Assembly: GCA_905178155.1 (NCBI GenBank)
Contig: CAJINV010000004.1
Coordinates: 9,586,625 to 9,650,624, forward strand
DNA length: 64,000 nt
Direction of reading: 5' to 3'
DNA from: Amoebophrya sp. A120
Taxonomy: Eukaryota > Protista > Dinoflagellata
Of this stretch, positions 12,701 through 23,900 are shown piece by piece; the first letter of the stretch is position 1; every line of letters starts with the position of its first letter. The notes under the pieces were generated by a model. It was given only the letters and a program-made list of their open reading frames with translations. It did no database searches and was not told where the DNA came from. Made by a program: the position numbers and the translations under genes.

Positions 12701-15344
12701 CGATACGGTTCACAGAAAAAGAATCCGCCCGGCCCCGCTTGACGTGCGACAGATTCTGTATCCGAAACCCTGGGACCCAGAAGCAGCGGCACAACAACAG
12801 CAGCAGCAGAACCAGGCGCAGGGAGAAGGTGAAGAAAACGACGAGCAGGAAGAAGTAGTGACGCCACTACACCTGTCCTCGATCGATTTCCAGCGGACGG
12901 ACATTGGTCGAGCCCTTCACCGATTCCGGAACAATTTGCGACTACTTCCAGAAACCGACCGGCCGATCGAAGTGGACACAAATTTTCTTTCGGAAGAACA
13001 ACAGCAAGCGGTCGAAAGAATTGTAGTTGCGAAAAACGTAAAGAAAATTCCGGACATCGAAACCTACCGACCGGAGGGAGAAGAAATTTTTCCGGTCGTG
13101 GCTTTCGGGTACACGAAGTGCAGAATCGCAGACAGTATGACAGTTTTTGAAAGCGAAGAACCAGACGGACGAAAATACGAATTGGCAGTAGTAGTGTATT
13201 TCCGTCAAGGTATGCTACCAGAGCCCGACCAAGCGGCGCCACCGGTGCAACAGGTTCAGGACCCGGACGAAGCTGCGGAATTTTTAGACGATGACGACCC
13301 GAAGCTGGCAAGCTTACCAGGCAAAAACTACAAAAAGGTAGAGCCCGAAAAACAAACGCGGGCGGCAGTCGCGGAATTAACAGTACGCGAATTGCGATGG
13401 CTTTTGAAAAAGTATCAATTGCCAACGAAGGCAACCACCGCCGGAATGCGGGAAGCGTTGCGAACCTGGTACGACGAAAACCAGCCAGAGCAACAACAAG
13501 AGCAGGACAACAACGACGAAGACGCGATGGAAGTAGACGAAGAAGCTGCGGACGAGGCGGAAATGGTGTTGGTGGCAATTTTCGATGTTCGCGAGGCGCT
13601 CGGGCATGACCCTGATCAAGAAGCCGATCCGGATAGAGTTGCGAAAGAATTCGAAAAAGCGTATTTGGTTCGGCGGGAAATGAAAGCGAGCGACGCGAAG
13701 AAACATCCACAGCACGCCACTGCCACCACTGCAGAACTGACTTCCATCATGGCCAATGGAGTTTTCTCGATCGTCCCGCGATCAGAAATTAAGCCTGGAG
13801 ACATAGTAGTCCGATCCCGATGGGTTTACACGGAAAAAGTAATCGGTGGGCAAATTACTTTGAAGGCGAGGCTAGTGGCGAAAGGATTCACCGAGGAAGG
13901 ACTTTCAAAACTTCAGTGCGAAAGCCCAACAGCAAAACGGTGGACAACAAAAATCATTTTCTCCATCTCGCAAATTTGGGGAACGATTTTAGCCTCGATA
14001 GATATCAAGACCGCCTACCTGCAGTCGCAAGTTCCCGAAGCTAAGCAGGACAAAAACGATATCTATGTCGAGCCACCGAGGGGCGACTCACCTATCCAGC
14101 CAGACGAAATTTTCAAAATGGCACGCCATAAGCACCTCTATGGCATGAAAAGAGCTGGACGAAAATGGTGCGAAACGCTCAGAGATGCCCTAATCGAGGA
14201 CGAATGGATCGCGGACAGTGTCGACCCATGCTTGTTTTGGAAAACTCTCACCGACGAAAACGGCAAGAGAGTGGTGATTTCGTTTCACGTCGACGACATG
14301 GTCTTCACAGGACGAGAAATTTTTCTGAACAGCATCAAGAACGGGCTAGATGGCAAATTTCAAGTCGGAACATTCGACGCTATTCCGGGAAACAACAGAG
14401 AAAACATGAGCGGAATGGCGAAAGTGAATTCCTTCAAATTTCTTGGCGCAGTAGTGTCGAGAATTCAGAAAACGCTCTACGTTTCGCAAGCTCACTATCA
14501 CAAAAATTTTTCGGAGATGGCAACACCGACGGAACTGAACGAAGAAGATTTGCTACCGCGGGCATTACAGAGCGCAGCCCGATCCAGTTTGGGTCAGTTG
14601 CTCTGGATTGCAATTTTCACCCGCCCCGACATTCTCTTTGAGACCATTGAGATTGCGACCTGCGTTACGAAGGTCAAAGCGGTGAAAATGATCAGCAAGG
14701 TGGTGAGGTATATTCAGCATTCCGGACCGATGCCGCTGATCTATCACCCCTTCCCCGCATGGAGTTCCGATATTGTCAACGTAATAGTAGTGGTCGATGC
14801 GAGTTTGGGAAGCAAAACGGGCGACGTCCGGCCCCGTTTGGCGTTTATGATTGGTTTTTCACCGGCTTGCAGCGGTTCCGATCCTTTTGCGATCGAGAAG
14901 GAAGAGAAAATAATTTTTCATCTGATCCACCACGTTTCGCGAATTCAGCGGCGCGCATGTACAAACTCGCTTACTGGTGAATCTTTTGCGGCTTGTGACT
15001 CGCTCGATCTTCTCGGCGCGATCAAGTCCCAGATGAAGAATTTAGTCGGAGAAATTTGTTGCCATTTTCTGTCCGATTGCAACACGCTGCTACGGGCGAC
15101 CAGCAGTGTTAATCCAGCAATTTCCGAGCTGTTATTCCTACCGATGGTTCAGAAAATCAAGGAACAGCTCTACATCACGGAGGCACGCAAGTACTGGCTT
15201 CCTGGTGACAAAAATCCGATGGACGCATTGACAAAACCAAAGAAACGAACGCAGAAGACGACGGCGATCCTGATGGAAATTTTGAAAACGGGACGGATAC
15301 ACCCTCGCAAGATGATGATGAAAAGACTTGAAGATGAGAACTGA
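9744..15344 (+). CDS. Copia Gag-Pol polyprotein
   Basis: Zinc knuckle CRRCGQTGHWERNC (10626-10667); protease ALDTGC (10881); integrase H-H-CGIC plus DDE core; RT motifs KARLVAKGF, DIKTAYLQ, LYGMKRAG, HVDD; RNase H motifs VDAS, SDC, NPMDALTK. First plausible ATG is 9744. Confidence 0.95.
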   Translation: MAKAIDAWEKDQHWREYRKEILLFAEGTQLNEKQIVPNIIRQGFKPHQPKWYKIAMQMRDDWRTLPKDPGFTYATDPVHESAIKHFTPVERLLQWMDHKTEYSDPVDAAMRFVGLLSFKRTGAMDMGTWLAEFNDRENQIQKDATFAAALTKTILVLLLYCNSGLTQLQRQGVRQNFELKNAGKDINHSPEAMQEILKRVAADDSSKMQTHDEQGDVIMAGYSRGKGFGKGGKKGKTRRAYYVEEEDPDWYGDEDEQYDYEDEEEFWEEEEHAEEEEQEEQEQEEDAAFLANNECRRCGQTGHWERNCPQKKNDGNKKGSNYSYNNAGTNGGYGKKKGSGKFGKKKTNSFSWYKKKNPNYVVQHHPALLARLEPVEAALDTGCGVSCVPISRFEDFKNDYPERVLHEEELEEGQSGSMSFGNGARCPIVSRAKIRVGDFGAVTYQIFAPPKTMPEQKRREMLKQMKKVPFLIGNNTLGAATINQQQEKAVFPSGKEMRFTKRGGLLLVNMVGSSTNSTNFACNYAYDIAGNRCNFFAVATPLGEGEKRDGATTFGTLQREKPKGHSSTVQKRENARDPVSFFGRFKLAMILFYLLLMQLRLLCKAGDVEKNPGPIAPTTGITTSDKIRELCNDRELMTKAHKQLWHYKMKEATAHFWPLLEDDEQLRKDFREGWQLVVDSCGICNNQKRSLPHPKTGLIPRNVNQVVVADVFYFTVKGCKRAILIWIDYLSKFCMYFAHEAGGDIQAEDTLHMGHEWAAVFGRLPLYLLTGHDTPLVNETVAEYLAGAAMPCTPLQSPDYEPESHGLVESHIGLSKILLELIQAEIPVAQMSSLRIRDILLALQQAKNSVPRGHGFSAQQTALGTQHFVGNPEEATSATMGAYGDPTEIPRKLAVQRITLQQQAAKAAAQVHGNKQPMQILNSKTRNTDVAAYSPGDLVEVQPAKDQKFDFGQVRWVRAKIIDTGEPGQIGESHKLVTVKYSGGKIDTVHRKRIRPAPLDVRQILYPKPWDPEAAAQQQQQQNQAQGEGEENDEQEEVVTPLHLSSIDFQRTDIGRALHRFRNNLRLLPETDRPIEVDTNFLSEEQQQAVERIVVAKNVKKIPDIETYRPEGEEIFPVVAFGYTKCRIADSMTVFESEEPDGRKYELAVVVYFRQGMLPEPDQAAPPVQQVQDPDEAAEFLDDDDPKLASLPGKNYKKVEPEKQTRAAVAELTVRELRWLLKKYQLPTKATTAGMREALRTWYDENQPEQQQEQDNNDEDAMEVDEEAADEAEMVLVAIFDVREALGHDPDQEADPDRVAKEFEKAYLVRREMKASDAKKHPQHATATTAELTSIMANGVFSIVPRSEIKPGDIVVRSRWVYTEKVIGGQITLKARLVAKGFTEEGLSKLQCESPTAKRWTTKIIFSISQIWGTILASIDIKTAYLQSQVPEAKQDKNDIYVEPPRGDSPIQPDEIFKMARHKHLYGMKRAGRKWCETLRDALIEDEWIADSVDPCLFWKTLTDENGKRVVISFHVDDMVFTGREIFLNSIKNGLDGKFQVGTFDAIPGNNRENMSGMAKVNSFKFLGAVVSRIQKTLYVSQAHYHKNFSEMATPTELNEEDLLPRALQSAARSSLGQLLWIAIFTRPDILFETIEIATCVTKVKAVKMISKVVRYIQHSGPMPLIYHPFPAWSSDIVNVIVVVDASLGSKTGDVRPRLAFMIGFSPACSGSDPFAIEKEEKIIFHLIHHVSRIQRRACTNSLTGESFAACDSLDLLGAIKSQMKNLVGEICCHFLSDCNTLLRATSSVNPAISELLFLPMVQKIKEQLYITEARKYWLPGDKNPMDALTKPKKRTQKTTAILMEILKTGRIHPRKMMMKRLEDEN
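11532..11585 (+). other. 2A-like ribosome-skipping (StopGo) peptide MQLRLLCKAGDVEKNPG|P
   Basis: Exact D(V/I)ExNPGP consensus with the LLxxAG prefix, in frame between protease and integrase. Confidence 0.8.
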
Positions 15345-16200
15345 AGCGGATTTTCTGAAATCTAGTCGGAACGTGTGGACTTTAGTTATTGTTTTAGATA
15401 AGTAAGATTTGCCTTCTCAGGCTATATCTGTATGATTTTTAGAAGGCATATTTTTACTTTTTGACTCTTCACAGGCTTGCGTCGTCACAATCACGTCACG
15501 AAGAGCTTCGTGGCAGTATGTTGACGAGCCCAGTGGGAATAGAGTCAAAAAACACAATTCCAACTGCCGAGCTTTAGCCTGATTTGTAAGATTTGGAAAG
15601 ATTTCCGAACAAAATCAGACGAAATCGTAGAAAGCAGCATCACAGACCATCGATTTAACCTTCAAAAACCGATGGGATTACGAAAACGGATTTTATATCA
15701 AACCGCGAAACCGCATGGAAAAGAGGAGGAAACGGATTGCGGATTTTATTTACGATTTGGATTTTAGATGGGATTTAAGGTAAAAAAAAAAAAGAATATT
15801 TTGGTGAACGGTAATTACTTTGAGCTATTTTATTTTTAGAAACAGCATGACAAATTCCGAATGATGTAAGATTATTATGTATGATTTCCCATGCTATTTC
15901 AAGAATTCCTTTGCTTTTACTCGTTTCGGCGCCCATTGGCGTCAAGATCACGTCACGAAGCCCTTCGTGACGGTATGTTGACGAGGTAAGGCGGTTTAGC
16001 TTTCATTTTTATAGAAATTCAACACAATTTACACTCTACAGGACCGGTTTGCACACATTCAAAATACTAGCGCAAATATTTTGAAACTTAAAAGTGCATG
16101 TCACTAGTGTTGATTCGTTTTGCATAGAATCTACTTCGCATGATATAGACCCTTCTTTACGTGCTTCGTATATTTTTCTTTTTTTCTTGGGTGGTGTGGA

Positions 16201-16517
16201 TGTCGATCTACCACTCGAGATCTAAATAGTATAACGAATCAACACGATCATCAGGTACATCGGTACGAAATTCCATATGAAAACCAAAATAGAATCAGGA
16301 TGGAATCACGATGGAAAAACGATGACTGGAAATTGGAATGATTGGAATTTAGACCGTGAATGGAATGGAGACGCTTTACGACGAACCACGAACACCATGA
16401 GAAACCGATGACCACAGTGACCGGTCATTTGAGCAAACATAAAGTACTTCTTTGCCTATAGCGGCTGTACCTGATTCGTATCAAGATTGTTCGTATACTA
16501 TTACGCCTGTATTCCTA
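16201..16517 (+). repeat. 3' LTR
   Basis: Copy of 9070-9386; preceded by the G-rich tract GGGTGGTGTGGA at the PPT position and followed by TSD CTCCT. Confidence 0.95.
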
Positions 16518-16906
16518 CTCCTGCAAAAGCAAAAATCTTGAGTAAGAAGTTGTAGACGACGATCAACGCCATCAGGTCACTGATTAACTGTCCTAGAAGT
16601 AATTTTCAACCCCTCAACTACAGTTAAAGATCTTGAGCAATCAGTCGCAAAAGAAACCGCGCAATTCCGTTTTTTAAGTAATCTCATTCTCAACAACAAG
16701 CACCTTCATCACCTTCTCGCAGCTTTTTTTCAGTCGTTTATTTCTGTGATAGCTGCGTTTGAAAATAAAAACACGTTTACTCTCGCGCTGTACAATCACC
16801 CCTTCTGGTGGTAGATTCTTCTGTTGGAAGATTCTTCGCATACCTTAATTGCAAAAACTACAGAAAGTAAACGCCGTTTTTCAGCTTTTTTACCAGTACC
16901 TCTATC

Positions 16907-17416
16907 ATGTCGCCCCTACGTAAGGTTTTTGCCGTGTCCGCTCTGCGCTACCTTGTGCAGCACAGCTTGACCATGTCTACTGGCGTTCTGCACGTGCACT
17001 GCGTGCAACTGACAGGGCAACGCCTTAACACTCAGGACCTGCCTCCTGGTACTGGTGTTCCAGACCCTGTAGTTGGTGCTGGACACATTCCCGGTGCTCC
17101 GCCGGGTCCGCTTGTTGTACCTGTTGCAGCTCCTCCTGCTGCTGCTGTCGTGGCCCAGCCGCCTCCCGGGCAACTAATGCGCGACTGTGCTCAGGGTTTC
17201 TGTAGTCCCTGTTGTTGCTGTGCCCCCAGGGCGGGGGCCCTCGACACGGTGGGGGCTGTACACCCGAGGCGTTTAGCTGCCCAGAAAGCGGGAAAATACT
17301 GCGGAGTCGGATGTGGTTGTTGTCTTGTTGGAGCTGGTGCCATTTACTTGGGTGTAGAGGCTGGGACGTATCGACTGCAAATGCGCCTGGGTCTGGTGGA
17401 AGAGTGTAAGTTGTGA
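16907..17416 (+). CDS. Small Pro-rich/Cys-rich putative membrane protein
   Basis: 169-aa ORF with a Pro/Ala-rich stretch, CSPCCCC, and a hydrophobic segment YCGVGCGCCLVGAGAIYLGV. Family unknown. Confidence 0.5.
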   Translation: MSPLRKVFAVSALRYLVQHSLTMSTGVLHVHCVQLTGQRLNTQDLPPGTGVPDPVVGAGHIPGAPPGPLVVPVAAPPAAAVVAQPPPGQLMRDCAQGFCSPCCCCAPRAGALDTVGAVHPRRLAAQKAGKYCGVGCGCCLVGAGAIYLGVEAGTYRLQMRLGLVEECKL

Positions 17417-17682
17417 TGCTACCTTAGGATACGAAAGAAGTCTGTATCTCATGATCGCCAAAAGGTAAAGGTAAAGGAGTCCAGTTTTTCCTACGCGCAG
17501 AGGGCATTTATATATGTTTGATTGTGCAGGAGAAGCAGAAGCATACGTGTAAGGAAAAGGATAAGTAGGAAGCCCTCAAAAAATCTGTGATGCTGGGACA
17601 TACATCAAGGACATCATGGGTCACGCAAAAGGTGCATGAGAAAGACAAAGGCAAACCCTGTGTCCTCGTCCTTCCTGGCCCA

Positions 17683-17834
17683 TATCCTGTGCAAAAGTAT
17701 CGTACTCGTATAAATGCAAGTCTTGCGCTACAAATCCTTTTGCTAAGGTAAGACCGCATTACAAGAAATTTTACATCTCATGCTGAGGAAATTTGTAATG
17801 CATTTATACGAGTGCGATACTTTTGCAATGCATA
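17683..17834. mobile_element. Introner family B, outside any evident CDS
   Basis: TIRs; DR GCCCA. Confidence 0.9.
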
Positions 17835-20800
17835 GCCCAGACATGATTGCAATGCATAGAGGGTTGCCGTGCAATATTGGCTTAACAGCCTGGGAGGCAG
17901 GTGTAGATAGTGGATCGTGCTGTCTCGGTCTGGGGACATATTACTGTGGGAGAGGGCACGAAGAGGCGGTCGCCCCTTCGCAATGGACCATGGGGCCCTA
18001 GGAACAACAATAACCGCGAACGCTAAAAAAGCTTCCGTGCCAGAAGAAGGAAGATCTGGCTGAATGTTTGTTGGGCTTTCGGAAGGTACGGATACCAACC
18101 CGGAACCGGATACAACAACTACCCTGACACGCATTGCGATTGAAGTAAGCCACTGTCGCGCGGTTTTTTTGAAAAACTACGAGAACGGTCTACAATTAAT
18201 GTTGGTACGAGGGCGCACCAGGCACTCACGTACTACAGCTGTAATAAGACGAGAACGATCTACGTTTGCGGTAGTAAGCAACACGAGGACGCACCAAGCA
18301 CGCACGTACAGCTATTCCGTTCTTGTGAAGACGCATGACCTCAAGCGTTTGCTATGCTACTTTCGGAATTATATAACGTAGGATCATGATGCTTCCGGAG
18401 CCACTGGAGTCAGGCTCGGACATTATTCAAAGTAGAGAAGCCGTTGAATTTAATTCGACGCATATTCCCAAATCGTAAAAGTGAGACTCTACGTCTCCAT
18501 ATTCCCAGAATTTTGTGCAATTTTTCTTCGTCGTCCAATTGTGGTAGAGGGTTTTTTGTTGTATGATAAACGAAGAAAAGAAAAACTATTGGAAAAAACC
18601 GAAAAATAAAGAGAAAACCAAGAGAAAAAGGAAAAACAAACCATACAAAAAACAAAAAAAAACGCTTTGTAAGATTCTGGAGCTCATGCTAGGTTCTGAC
18701 TTTTTTAGGCGCTAGGCGTCGTAACTATCTCCGAAAATGAGTCCTCCTCTTTACGCTTCGGCGCAGAAACAAAAAGCTGCGAGCTCACTAGAATGCAACA
18801 AGCAAAATAAGTAGCAAAATGAGATCCAAACAAAGACTATGCTCGTGTGACAGTAGTCAAATAGGTGCAGCTAGCCGGATCGGAACCCGACGAAGAATTT
18901 AAAACGGAATACAACTACAACGGTCACGCAAGCAGCTGAATCCTTTTGGTGCGACAACGACAGGCATATTAATCTGATCTCGCTACAAAAGGTTGACAGG
19001 AAAAAATAGCAGCAGTCAAGAGAAGACACAAACAAGATTAAAGGGTCGTAAAAGATCCAAGGGTCGTAAAAGATATGGGAAAAAATCGGTCATCGTTTTT
19101 CGTTCACAAGTCGGTACAAGATGTAGATGCATTCTAATGACCCTCTTCTGCGACGCGTATTTTTCGTCATTACCTGCGACTGGCTGGAAGTTGTGTATCA
19201 GGTTGTTGTATGGAAAAGCAGGCAGGAAACCATGAAAGGAACAGGATGCGAGCACCTCCTCGTTGAAGAGGAGGTGCATCCTTGAAGATGATTCCATTTC
19301 CAAATAAAATCGCAGCCTTTTTTTTTTTCTTTAAGGGTTTAGGGTTTAGGTTCTGACGATTTGTACAAGCGAGGACACGACTTTCGAAGTCCCCATCAGC
19401 GACACGTGCACCGGCCTGATGATAGAAGAGCGACGATTCTAGTTGCCCTGGGTTAAGCACATATTTTTTAATGAAATATGTGTTGCTCGTTCTGTTTTTA
19501 TATGATGATGACTTTTACACAGACGTGAAACAGATTGCTTTCTGGGCCATTGCGTCAGCGGATCGTGGGCGAACGGTAGTAGTTTTCAAAGAAAAACGAC
19601 TCTGCTGCTGGTCAATCATGAGAAGTTAGAAACAATGTGCTTCAGTTTTTATTTCTGTTTGTATTGGGACGAGGAGGTGGTCGGTGCCATGTGTTTCAAG
19701 TCTGTCATGCATGTAAAAATCAACCCAGGGTAAAAAGATAGAAGTATCAAATGAAAAGCAGTAACTACACACAGTTGCTGCTTTCTTGCATAAGAATAGG
19801 CCGGACAAGGTGCAGCAGCTAGTGGACGGGAAAAAAGGTGGTGAATTGAGTATGCTCTGCACTAGCCGGGAAGACCGCTGCGACGCTTTGCATGAGGGGC
19901 TATTGGTCATGAGTTGCTTGATTGCAACAGCCTCGCGTCAAGGCAAATGGCTTCAGTTTTATATGTGCGGCTGGGGCATCAACCCCGGGAGGATCATTTT
20001 ATATAGTAAAGAAATCGGTCTAAGGAAAGGGAGCTTGTTGTTGGGGGTGTGAACGTCAAGTGCTTGGCAGGTAGATTCAGAACAAGACAGACCCTGCGTT
20101 CCCTTCATCCAGTGAGGCCAGACCAGGAAGGGGAGCGCGCGGGGCCCGGCCGGGGCGCGGGGGGTGCTGCGCCTCTGGTCTGAATCTGCTTGGCACACGA
20201 GGACACCTCGCACCTGTATCCGCGTACCAGCCTTACTTTTATCCCCTTCGCTGGCGCAACCAACAATGAGATCCTGAGCAGAACCATTTTGCGAATGAGT
20301 AAGATTTTTTTCTAGTAGTCAGGAAAGTGGACCATTGTCCATGTTTGATCCAATCCTCCCTTGGCAAAAAAAAAAAAAAAATTGCATCTAATATGGCGAT
20401 CACTTTAGATCGCATGTGTGTTCTCCGTCGTACTCGTGTGAGCATCTTCGTAGGCAAATCTTAGTGACATCAAGCTGTTTCCGCAGTAGGACTGAGTTGT
20501 CGCTTCTCGTCGAACTACTAAAAGGGGAGTTCGTGTGGAAAATGTTAAACCGGTTCTATGTGATCGTCGTGGTGGTCTCCGATCTTTGTGACGAGAATCG
20601 TCGAATGCAAAGGGTATGTAACGAGGTAATTGGCAGTGGCACTTTCCTCCTCGTCAATTATTTTCGTCGTCGAACGTCGCAAGGGCAAGTGGTCCCGGTC
20701 GTCATAATTATATTTTAGTGAACAAGCCGGCGCACCACACCTACTAAACTACACTAGTACTCAATCGTTGCATTCTTCAATTCAATCGTTTGCTCTTCTT

Positions 20801-20987
20801 CAAAAAAAATTCGCATCGTTGACAGCTTTTTTTTTCTTGTTCGGGGATCGCTTTGTTCGAAAGAAAGAAGCTGCAAGCTTTTTGTGAGCAGGTCACAGCA
20901 CTCTAGTTCACGATCGAAGGAACAGCCACATAAAATTTCGCTATAATTTTTGGTCTTTCCGCTCTGCTCTCCTTAAAGCAAAAAACC

Positions 20988-23900
20988 ATGACCGAATTTC
21001 TGGCGGACCTGGGCATCCCCGGGATGCGCATCCCGGCCTTGGTGGTGAAATCGGGGAAGCGCAATGCGGGCGAGGAGCTCGTCGCGGATCTCCTCGGGTA
21101 CGGGTTCCGTGTGGTTGACCAGGCCGAGATTTCGCAAAACAACTACGAAAACGTCGCGACAGACAGGAGAAGGTACTATTCCTCCGCCCAGCACCCCGGA
21201 TTTACCTTCGACAAAGTGCGCCCGACGGTAAAGTGTAAGGACATCATGCTCGGAAAACCGGCCATGTCCGCAAACATGGAGCCCGCGCCCGGCAGTCCTC
21301 CGGGAGCAGCAGCTAATGGCGCCGCAGTGGAAAGCTACACTGCGGACGGAGGTCTACTTAATACAGCGGGCACCAGCTCCGTGGACGGTGCAGCAGTGGG
21401 CGGCTTTAGTCCCGACGGCAAGCCGCTGGAGCCGTCCTCAATGTCGGGATCCTCCGGGTCGGAGGAAGTGACGAAAAAGAAAAAGCGGGCGTTCATTCCC
21501 GTGGAGGAACGCCCGGACGTGGAGCTGATGCGCCGCGTGCGGGGCAAAACCTACTTGCATCCCTATGGGTTCGAAATTGACGGCTTGACCTCCATATCAA
21601 CTGTAAAAATGTCTGGGTCTGGAAGAATCCAACTTGTCATGCTAAATCTGAATCATGTAAAAATCTGTGTTGCATGATTACCAAAAGTCGTCCAGTTTTG
21701 ACCTAATCGAGAGGCAGTTTCTCATGCAGGATGGGCATGATAGAACTCTCACAGAATCTGTCATGCTATGTCCTACATACCAGACCTCATGGGTCATAGA
21801 AAACCTGCATGACAAGTCTGCATTCTTCCAGACCCAGACACTTTTACATTTGATACTCCATGGCGTCCGTGCATCTGCACAGCAAGAAACCGGAATTGGA
21901 TGATGTCGGGAACGAAAAGCCGGATCTACTCCCGGAAAACTAAGTAACTCCATCCCCATCCTTTTTTTGCATGACAAACACAGAGACAGAATTTGCTACA
22001 TGTATGTTTTGCATGACATAAAATTGGCTGCGGATGGTTCTTAGTTTTCAGGGAATAGGATCACCTCCAGTCGAATTTGGTCGGGGTGGACTCGCAGATT
22101 GACTATGGCCTTCTCAACTGTTACATTCTGAGTCGTCTCATCTCCTGCTGCGTGGATTTGTGATGCAAGCACATCAGCAAAAGTCAAAGGGGGTAGCTTG
22201 CAGCTGTCGCGTCACAAATTTGGCATAGATGACCGGCCTGCTTAGCACTTCGAGCATTTGTCATGCGAAGTACGTTAAAAATCGTGTGGCAGCTGATACA
22301 TAGCAATTTTGCATGACAAACCATGTAAAAGTTGTAAACAGTTAAGAGAGTAACAGTTGGGAGCGCCATATTGACTTTTCCAAAGTTTTGCGTCACGAGG
22401 ATGTGGTGCTCATGAAACGGAACACGAACGATCCGATGACGGCGGCAGAGTCGCGATTTCCGTTATGGATTGCAAATATGTCTGGGTCTGGACGAAACAT
22501 GGAACTTGTAATGCTAGTCCTACACTCCTGTAAAATTTGTATTGCATGCCTAACAAAAAAGACGCCCTCTTTGGTCATACAAAAGTGCAGTTTCTCATGC
22601 GGACTGAGCATGAGAGAGCGTTCGGCAAACTTGTCATGCTTGGCTGCATTGGGTACTAATATTTCAGTCATCCAAAGTTCAGCATCACAAGTTTCCAGAC
22701 CCAGACATTTTTGCACTTCATTTCCGTTGTCCAGTTACAACAGCGAGGATCGGTTTTTTGATATGAAAAGGAAAAATCCCCCCTCCCCATATCAAAACGG
22801 AAATCTGTGATGCAGATTTGTTGTCACAAATCAGCTTTGTCATGCTACACGGGAAAAGATGCGGACTGTAGTGCTGGGTGCCGTGGTCAAGCCTTGCATC
22901 TTCAGCATGATAGGAGGCAGCTGAGAGCGGGAAACAGCATGACAAATTGCCTGCAAGCGAGGCCACGAGTGCGGCTCTTGGCCTTCTAGCATGACAAGTC
23001 GATTTGTGACCTCAAATACAGCATCACAAATTTCGTTTTCGATATGGGGAGGGGGGATCTTTCCTTTCGATATTTGAGGAGGCGAAGGATTACCGGGTGG
23101 AGCGGATATGACAGTGCACAACTTCCCCGCCCCCTCCTTTGTATAATTGCATGAACAGCAACACAAACGCCAAAGACCCTGGAGCGTGTGCATGACAAAT
23201 TTATGTGCCTCCTGTAGTATTGTTTGGGCTTTCATCGAAATTTGTCATGCAAACAGTGCCACAGGGCAGCGACTCGATTTGGGATTTTGCATGATAAATG
23301 AGGCGGAGGGGGAGTTGTGCACTGTCATAGCGGAGTCAAGATTTAACGAAGGCGTTCGAACCGTACCAACTGCAAATATGTCTGGGTCAGGGAGATTGCG
23401 ACATTTGTCATGCTAGTTTGCCACGGCTCTGAAGTGAACGTGAACTCTGTATTGCGTGGACGCGAAGAGATCCTCTTGCCTGTCACACAAAAACGCAGTT
23501 TCTCATGTGGAGCCCGCAATTCAGAAGAACTACGGAGAACCTTATCATGCTTCTAGGCAGCGCAACATTACAGTGTGCTCACTACTTGTTCATTTTTTTG
23601 CATCACAAGTTTCCAGACCCAGACATCTTTGCGATGGATAAACCCTTGACGAAGGCGATTTCCAGCTTTCACAACCTGGCGGAGTTTCACGGGCTGAACC
23701 CGGATGTGGGCCGGAAAGTCACCGCCACGGTTTGCGTGCCGGTAGGAAAATTTGGTGTGAGATAGTGTAAATATGCGTGTTGTGACAAAGCAAGGAAAAA
23801 CAACAAAATGATGAGTCACTGTTCAGCTCCTGGTGCTGCTGGCTCTTTTACTTCTGCATCACTTTTGATGGGGTTTCGTTGCTCATTTTATTTTTACTTT

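Larger units (their letters stand above)
9070..16517 (+). mobile_element. Full-length Ty1/copia LTR retrotransposon
   Basis: Two 317-bp LTRs; 5-bp TSD CTCCT (9065-9069 and 16518-16522); PBS; single ORF in gag-PR-IN-RT-RH order. Confidence 0.97.

Noticed and set aside
8583-19352. TTTAGGG telomere-type repeats at 8583-8598 and 19331-19352
   Set aside because: Only 2-3 units each; too short to call an interstitial telomere.
2350-19440. CTGATGA motifs as hammerhead ribozyme cores (~2353, ~8033, ~19416)
   Set aside because: I could not build the required stems with a GAAA partner.
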